DNA from: Eledone cirrhosa
Taxonomy: Eukaryota
Assembly (NCBI GenBank): GCA_964016885.1
Contig: OZ024742.1
Span: 52,452,001 to 52,516,000 of the forward strand
DNA: 64,000 bases
Reading direction: 5' to 3'
The stretch's first letter is position 1, and each line of letters opens with the position of its first letter. The notes under the pieces were generated by a model. That model was not told the origin of the DNA and did not search any database. It saw nothing but the letters and a program-made list of their open reading frames with translations. Position numbers and translations under genes: made by a program. Below are positions 56,728-64,000 of the stretch, piece by piece.

Positions 56728-56898
56728 CGAGAACCTTATAGGCACCCGTTTTACGTGTGTTGTGTTGAAGCAAATAACTTTGTGTATATTCTGTGTATGC
56801 TCTTGTGTCTACTCTGTATATCTTACATTGCCCATGGAGTGCGTTGAGATACAACCAGTACTGGCATTGATAAATATGCTGGGTCCGTCAACCCTTAT

Positions 56899-57023
<125 letters not shown>

Positions 57024-57029
57024 TTATGT

Positions 57030-57295
57030 AGTTGACGGACGAGAGAAAAGAGTACTCACTACCGAAGTTGAGACTAAATATTAATTTTTTATGTTTAAAT
57101 AAAGAGTCTTGATACACTGGAGTTTCACCTGCTTACTCACAGGGTTATCAGACAAAAATATCTGATGACTCTGTGTCTGATGACCCTTTGATAAATAGGT
57201 GAAACTCCAGAGAAACAAACCTTACTATTTCGCCTTAATAAAATAAATATTAAAACTCTACTTCAGTATTGAGTACTCCGTCAACCACATACGGG

Positions 57296-57296
<1 letters not shown>
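57030..57296 (+). mobile_element. Family B fold-back element with two decayed HHR copies (57171-57217 +; ~57105-57153 -)
   Basis: CTGTGT-CTGATGA-C-CCT..AGG-T-GAAACTC(CA)GAG; inverted arms gttgacgga..tccgtcaac. Confidence 0.7.
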
Positions 57297-57386
<90 letters not shown>

Positions 57387-58634
57387 TGACAGAGAAATCT
57401 ATTTTTAGAACAGTTGAGCGAGTTACAAATTCTGAATTTTTAATTAACTTATTTTAAACGGCTTCAGTGCACGTTTTAACAGTGGAAATAGTCCACAAAT
57501 GTGGGTATATACGCCCCTATAGATGTGGAAGGTAGACAGTGGCTGTGTATAGTGTCTCCGATTGAATGTAATAGACAGATATGCATTTTGGCAGTTTAAT
57601 CGCACAAAATTGACAACTGTGCATCATTCGAATTTCATAACCTTAGATTATACTGTATAACTATAGCCGAAATTCAATCTTAGTTTGACAAGGGAACATC
57701 TGATGAGCAATTCTCTTCTCTTGAGATTATCAGTTCTCTACATCAGCATAGCAGTAATTCAAACCCAAATCTACCAGGAAATACTTGCACTGATGTTATA
57801 TTCATTGTTTCTTATATGTCAATCAAAATTTTATTTTCAGGTTTATTAAACGGTTATTGATTAATTCTACTCGATGACCAACTGAGAAATAGTACGGTGA
57901 TGCATTCAATGCTTGGAAATTAAATCCTATATTCCATTAACTTCAGGTTCTGTGTCTTTTATATGCCTCACACACAATTGAAATGACATACTATGTTAAC
58001 TCAAACATGAAGAAGTATTTTAAACGAGATGTCCATTGAGAAAGTCATGTGCTTTATATCCAGTATGATCTTTATTGCGGCATTTCCAATTTTATTTATT
58101 TCCTGCTTTCATAAAAAAAACGAAGCCCACACATTTAAATAAATACGCACAGTCGTGCATAAATATATGTGTGAGTATGTGCGAGTTTTTGCATGTATAA
58201 CTCAAACCCTCATATATAGATGCATGTATAATGATGAATATTATTCTTTCTCACACAGGCGCCATTTCTCTCCCGCTACACACGCACAGACACAAACACA
58301 CGTACGCACACAGACACAAACACCCACTCACATACAGATGTTTGTGTGAATGTTTGTATTATAGATAGATAGGTATAGGTAGATTGAGCGAGAAAGAGAG
58401 AGAGATTGATTGATAGATAGATAGATAGATAGCTTTATGTGTGTGTTGTTGTATTATACATGTCTGTATTTGTTTGTATGAAAGTGTATGTTTATTTATG
58501 TTTACCATATCAAAGCACGCTTTTTCTTCAACAATGACGAATACAATCGGACATTTTATACAAGATACGATCGTCGTTTTTATGGTGGAGATATGTTTTG
58601 TTCAATTATTGTCATTATTTTAATTTGATATATT

Positions 58635-58811
58635 AGGGCGGTGGATTGGCGTTACCGTAGCATGTCGGGCACGCTGCTTCTAGGAAGAGAGTTACGGTTT
58701 TCTACGTTCTGAGTACAACTCCCACCGAAGTTAGCATTATGGGATCGTTAAAATAAAGTAACGCACTGGGGTCGATTTAATCGACTTTCTCTTTTCCCAA
58801 AAGGTTCTTGG

Positions 58812-58812
<1 letters not shown>
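58635..58812 (+). mobile_element. SINE (degenerate)
   Basis: gggcggtggattggc..ttctgagtacaactccc..ctggggtcgatttaatcgac. Confidence 0.75.
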
Positions 58813-58850
<38 letters not shown>

Positions 58851-58857
58851 TGTATAG

Positions 58858-58942
<85 letters not shown>

Positions 58943-59128
58943 TTTGGCACAAGGTCAGCAATTATTCCAGTGTATTACTGGTACTTTATACACTGGGATA
59001 ATTGCTGGCCTTGTGCCAAAAGTATATATATATTATAGTTAAATCAGAAAACAAAAAAAAACAAAAACAAAGCGAAGAGGCAGTTCAAAGTGTTAGTATT
59101 AGGTTTACGCTTGAGAATGGGGGTGGGG

Positions 59129-59159
59129 GACGACGTTTCGGGCATAAGTCCTTCATCAG
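59129..59159 (-). ncRNA. Hammerhead core, stem I unpaired (truncated PLE pLTR-like)
   Basis: CTGATGA-A-GGAC(TTAT)GCC-C-GAAAC-GTC-GTC. Confidence 0.55.
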
Positions 59160-59352
59160 ATTCATACATATATAAGCAAATTTGTCAGGAATATACATAA
59201 CATCTCAACGAAAAGAGATCACTAAAACAATCTCATTCAGAAAAGCAAATCCCTAAGGAAAGATGTTTGTGAAGTGTTCTTTTTAGATTAATTTATTGGT
59301 ATCTACCCTTCAGTGACTTTCTATAAGATTCTCTCTCTCTCTCTCTCTCTCT

Positions 59353-59418
<66 letters not shown>

Positions 59419-59922
59419 TAACGCTTGGCATAGAAGGAAAATTGTCAAAATGTTTCGGATTTCATTCCATCACTAGAAGTTAGGATGACAGAAATAAGAA
59501 ATTCATAAAATACAGGGAAATAGAAAAAATAAGGAAACGGGAAAATGTTTTCAGGATAAATTATAGCTGTGTTGTAAATCTGATATATCATACCAATATA
59601 TAAAAATCAACATTTAAAAATTCGGTTGAATGCTTATGTAATAAATTAGGTTGAGTGGCAACTTCATTTACAATGTAATATTTGATTATTTCTAGTAGCG
59701 TTATGAGATATTTTGTAATATTCTCATCATCATAATTATCACCCTGATCATCATGACCGACGTCATCACTTCGAATTCGTCGTCATCATCAACCACAAGA
59801 TTACCATCATCGTCATCATCATCCTTATAATCTTTATTATCACTATAATCTTTGAAATTATCATCATCAACATCGTCGACACCGAAGTCATCAGCAGCAT
59901 CATTTTGTAATAATAATAATAA

Positions 59923-60017
59923 TAATTGTTTCTACTTTTGGCACAAGGCCAGTAATTACCCAGTACATTACTGGTACTTTATTTTATCGACCTCCGTAAG
60001 GATGAAAGGTAAAGTAA
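59923..60017 (-). mobile_element. SINE 3' fragment between (TAA)n tracts
   Basis: aattgtttctacttttggcacaaggcc..gatgaaaggtaaagt. Confidence 0.8.
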
Positions 60018-60018
60018 A

Positions 60019-60066
<48 letters not shown>

Positions 60067-61163
60067 GGGAAGAAGACACATGTAGTAAGACGCCTCACGC
60101 TCCTTGATAGAACAACGCCGGTTGAGAACGCCAGAAAGAAAAGACAGACAGCCACTGGAAAGCCGACGGATCACACGCCAAAAACCAGCCTCTGTACAAC
60201 ACCATTGTTTGTGCTACATCAAAAAATAAACGTATATTTCATCTCTAATTTCTGCTGTTATTATGTCACTCGTATCTCGATAACATCTACAACTAATACT
60301 GCTAAAGTGGTGACCCCGACGTAAGAATTTAACGCAGCCCTTCGTTTTCTTTCAATTGAACTTTTATTGCCACATTGCCGGCCTTTTTTTTCGCAACTAA
60401 TACTGCTAAATACACATGGTGGATAGAAGGTCGAGAAATCGCTCCCGTAAGTTTTGATTTTTTAACATATTTAAATCATTTGTGAAATAACAATTCTTAG
60501 TACAAATGTTACGTAAAGCATCCGGCTTGAGCCCCAAAAAAATTCGGACCCAAAATATATTGTTATAAGGCTCAAATATTCAACTTTGTATTGTACATTG
60601 TATATTCAAAAAAGAAAAAGGCTATAAATGGAAGAAGAAGAGCCCCCCCCCCCCCATCCCCTGTCTACACTATATAGAACAGCCAAACAACAGCAATTTC
60701 ACCAACACCAGAAACTAGATATACCACCTACCCCATCACCCCTCTGTGTACACTAAACACAACAGCCAGATAACGGCAATTTCACCACCACCACAACCAA
60801 TCTCAACATAATAATGATAATAATAATTACTATTATTATTGTCCCAAGTTTTAACAAAATGTTTAATTCCAACATTAAGGGAATTTATGTCAACACATGT
60901 ACGCGACTAGGCCCATAGATTCACCGAACGGACATCAGTAACGACAACGCCATCATTACATCATTACACCACTGCCGCCGCCCATCCACCATTACTACCA
61001 CTATCCCATCACCGCCGCCACCACTCCGTCATTGCTACCCCCCCCCCACTACCTTCTGTTAACTTACGAAAGGGGAGGATGGCGATATCACTAGACAATA
61101 TTGATAAACAAGATTAATATTTAATTTTGGATCAGGAATGTTGGAGTCGAAAATGGCAAAATG

Positions 61164-61580
61164 ACTAAACGACTACAGATTATTATTTCACCACCAATAC
61201 CACCACCACTGCCACGATGAAAACTCTGGTCGAATCGACTCAAACTTGTACCCCAACTACAACACCATCACTACAGTAATACGACCACATCACCACCACT
61301 ACTAAACGACTACAGATTATTATTATTTCACCACCAATAACACCACCACTACCACGATGAAAACTCGGGTCAAATCGACTCAAATTTTTACCCCAACTAC
61401 AACACTATCACTACAGTAATACGATCACATCACCACCACTACTAAACGACTACAGATTACTATTTCACCACCAGTAACACCACCACTACCACGATGAAAA
61501 CTCTGGTCAAATCGACTCAAATTTATACCCCAACTACAACACCATCACTACAGTAATACGATCACATCACCACCACCACT
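61164..61580. repeat. Minisatellite, 3 copies of a 137-140 bp unit
   Basis: actaaacgactacagatta at 61164, 61301 and 61441. Confidence 0.9.
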
Positions 61581-62102
61581 GCCTCAGTATCGCTACCGCC
61601 GCTATTCTCTCCCATTACCTCCTGCTGCTATCACAGCAACGCCACCACATTATAGAATTTCTACTAAAACAGAGGAAGGCATCAAAATATATAGATAGAC
61701 TCAAAAGGAAAAACAAAAATCAAAATCAAAGCAGCACAGCAACAACAACAAAAATAAAGCAGACCAAAAAAAACAAAAACAAAAACAAAAAAACGTAAAG
61801 AAAATAAGAATGAAGAGAGAAACAAACGGACGGACAGAGAAGGGAAGGGAAAAACTAAGTCAGACATTCGGACACTACATTACAATGAAACTTATGCTTA
61901 TTCATTTTTGGGGTTTTTTCTGTCTGTTTGTTTGTTTGTTTATTTGTGTTCGTCTACAGCGTGATAATGACACACAAGAGCCACGTGGAGCGACGCAACC
62001 ACCGGAGACGGTGAACCCACAGGTGGTTATGTAACCATACATTCGCCAATCCTCGATAAGAGTGTTTAAATGTCGAACATAAACAGTTCGAATAACGGTG
62101 AA

Positions 62103-64000
62103 ATGGAGACTAGAACGTCATGTGACAGACTCTCACCCAACAGGTGCTCCCTGGCTCAGCAGCAGGGGCCTGGCTGTCAACCAAATACTGCTGGTGTCGG
62201 AGGAAGAAGAAGAAGGAAACGGACCAGAACCAACTGGACGAAAGAATTGAATAGAACTGTTATGCAATGTTACCTGAAAAGTAACCCCAAGGAGAGGGGC
62301 TATAGGAGACGGATGCATAACATCTGGAATGAGATTGGTCTATTTAAATTAGATGAACAAAAATTGGCCGGGCAGGCTCGGGTAATAAGAACTAATGGGT
62401 GGATAAGCGAGCTGGAACTGGAGGAACTGAGCAGAGAGATTAGCTTGGAGATGGAGGGTGGAGTATGCCAGGCAAACGAGCCAGTGGGAAATGAAGGTGA
62501 AGAGGTCGAGAGAACGGAGGAACCACCCGAAGCAGACAATGATCTGAATACTGAGATAAATAATACCTGGAACAGAGATACGGCCACTGAGGAGATGAAT
62601 GCTGACGGGCTAGGACAAGATTTGGTTGACATCCTAAATTTAGTGGTAGATGAATTGAACAATGATAGTGGGAGACCTATGAACCTAAGATTTGTAGACA
62701 GGAAAAAGTTAAAAGAAACAACAGCTAAGGTAAACAAAGTCATTCCATACCTTGAGGCGAGGAGCCTTCACCAGTGCAACAATATCCTCAAAGCAACAGC
62801 AAATACGGTGAGGAAACTACTTGGTATAAAAGCGAGAGGAAACAACAGACAAGAAAGAGCAGCGCCTTGGTGGAAGAAACGACTGAGTGGTCAAATCAGG
62901 GAAATGAGAAATGACATTGGAAAGCTTGAGTCCCTACTGAATGGGACAATAAAAAACATAGACACTAAAAATAGACTGGAAATAAAGTACAAAACTAGGA
63001 GGAAAAAGCTAAATATTATCATAGAGGAACTGAAGCAACGCATTGTAGCAAAGAGTGCAAAAATCAGGCGATACGAGAACAGAGTGAGTCAGTATAGACA
63101 GAACCGCATGTTCGACAACAACCAGAAGATGCCCTTTGGACAGCTGGAAGGGAAAGAAAGAGGCAACGACTTGATCCCTGGGGCGGAACAAACTAAAACC
63201 TTCTGGAGAGGAATATGGGAGCAGGATGTTAAACATAATGACCAGGCAGTGTGGATTAAGACAGTACAGAAGGAGATTAGTGAACAGGCACACGAAAAAA
63301 CTGATTTGAGTATCACAGTTGAAACTCTTAAGGGGCAGGCCAAAAAACGAACCAACTGGAAATCACCAGGCCCAGATGGTGTGCAGGGGTATTGGATTAA
63401 AAATATAACATCCCTCCACCCGAAACTGACAACCATGTTCAATGACTGTTTGATGTCAGGTGAGGTACCAGAGTGGTTGACAAAAGGTACCACAGTTCTG
63501 ATAATGAAAGACCGAATCAGGGGTAATGATGTTACCAACTATAGACCTATCACATGTCTGTCCGTAATGTGGAAACAGTTGACGAGCATTGTATCTGAGG
63601 AAATCTACCATCACCTCCACACAAACAACTTGTTACCGGAAGAACAGAAAGGATGCCGAAAGAAGTCACGTGGTACAAAGGACCAGTTACTTATTGATAA
63701 GCTGGTAATGGGGAATTGCAGGAGGAGACACACTGATCTTGCCATGGGATGGATAGACTACAAAAAGGCATTTGACATGGTGCCTCATTCTTGGATCACC
63801 AAAAGCCTGGAGATCTTCAAGGTGGCAGATAACATCAGACAGTTGTTGGGCAAAAGTATGAGGTCCTGGGAAACAAAGTTGACATCAACTGGAGAATCCT
63901 TGGGAAGCGTGAAGATCAAGAGAGGTATCTTCCAAGGAGATAGCCTGTCCCCTCTGCTGTTTGTCCTTGGCCTGATGCCCCTGACCAGTGTACTGCGAAA
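62103..64000 (+). CDS. R4/Dong-clade non-LTR retrotransposon ORF (N-terminal Myb-like region plus RT), runs off the window
   Basis: Not in the ORF track because there is no stop in the window. METRTSC..WTKELNRTVMQCY..RGYRRRM..IW; PWWKKRL; NWKSPGPDGV; NYRPITCL; EQKGC; WIDYKKAFDMVPH; GIFQGDSLSPLLF. No stop seen by eye. Confidence 0.92.
   Translation, partial: METRTSCDRLSPNRCSLAQQQGPGCQPNTAGVGGRRRRKRTRTNWTKELNRTVMQCYLKSNPKERGYRRRMHNIWNEIGLFKLDEQKLAGQARVIRTNGWISELELEELSREISLEMEGGVCQANEPVGNEGEEVERTEEPPEADNDLNTEINNTWNRDTATEEMNADGLGQDLVDILNLVVDELNNDSGRPMNLRFVDRKKLKETTAKVNKVIPYLEARSLHQCNNILKATANTVRKLLGIKARGNNRQERAAPWWKKRLSGQIREMRNDIGKLESLLNGTIKNIDTKNRLEIKYKTRRKKLNIIIEELKQRIVAKSAKIRRYENRVSQYRQNRMFDNNQKMPFGQLEGKERGNDLIPGAEQTKTFWRGIWEQDVKHNDQAVWIKTVQKEISEQAHEKTDLSITVETLKGQAKKRTNWKSPGPDGVQGYWIKNITSLHPKLTTMFNDCLMSGEVPEWLTKGTTVLIMKDRIRGNDVTNYRPITCLSVMWKQLTSIVSEEIYHHLHTNNLLPEEQKGCRKKSRGTKDQLLIDKLVMGNCRRRHTDLAMGWIDYKKAFDMVPHSWITKSLEIFKVADNIRQLLGKSMRSWETKLTSTGESLGSVKIKRGIFQGDSLSPLLFVLGLMPLTSVLR

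Noticed and set aside
57825-57900. Possible host exon after tttattttcag; also 27.7-29.4 kb unique sequence
   Set aside because: Splice-like signal without an open frame or recognisable protein
61164-61580. Regular repeat array as a CRISPR
   Set aside because: Whole units repeat with no unique spacers; eukaryotic context; no cas genes
61960-62106. HDV-like ribozyme in the R4/Dong 5'UTR (TCCTCG loop, TTCGCC/GGTGAA stem)
   Set aside because: Could not build P3 and P1.1 or place the catalytic C convincingly; needs a proper structure search

Overview
AT-rich eukaryotic repeat-dense DNA, most likely intronic or intergenic cephalopod (Octopus-like) sequence; this is inferred from the SINE families and the extreme (TA)n/(CA)n content. 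No host exon can be supported, and nearly all YI/CV/HT-repeat ORFs in the track are microsatellite artefacts. Recognisable elements: (i) several Penelope-like retroelements (PLEs, RT plus C-terminal GIY-YIG with a CxCx5C motif), including one near-complete pseudogenised copy at 9.3-14.0 kb; (ii) LINEs: RTE, R4/Dong including an apparently intact ORF running off the right edge, and a CRE-like fragment; (iii) mariner, pogo and hAT-like remnants and non-autonomous Helitrons; (iv) many tRNA-derived SINEs. The main hidden signal is about 25 intact, partial or decayed type I hammerhead ribozyme (HHR) motifs read by eye. They lie in PLE termini and in many unrelated short non-coding elements inserted into (TA)n. 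Three of these elements are tandem or circularly permuted monomers of 468, ~534 and ~537 nt (retrozyme/circRNA-like). The HHRs show recurrent non-canonical features: a U3-A8 core, U4C, a mismatched 10.1-11.1 pair and ~70-110 nt stem II domains. Fold-back inversions recur at or next to the ribozyme. A 564-nt tandem family has the same architecture but no HHR, and instead carries a covarying structured motif. All RNA folds were done manually and none has been tested.
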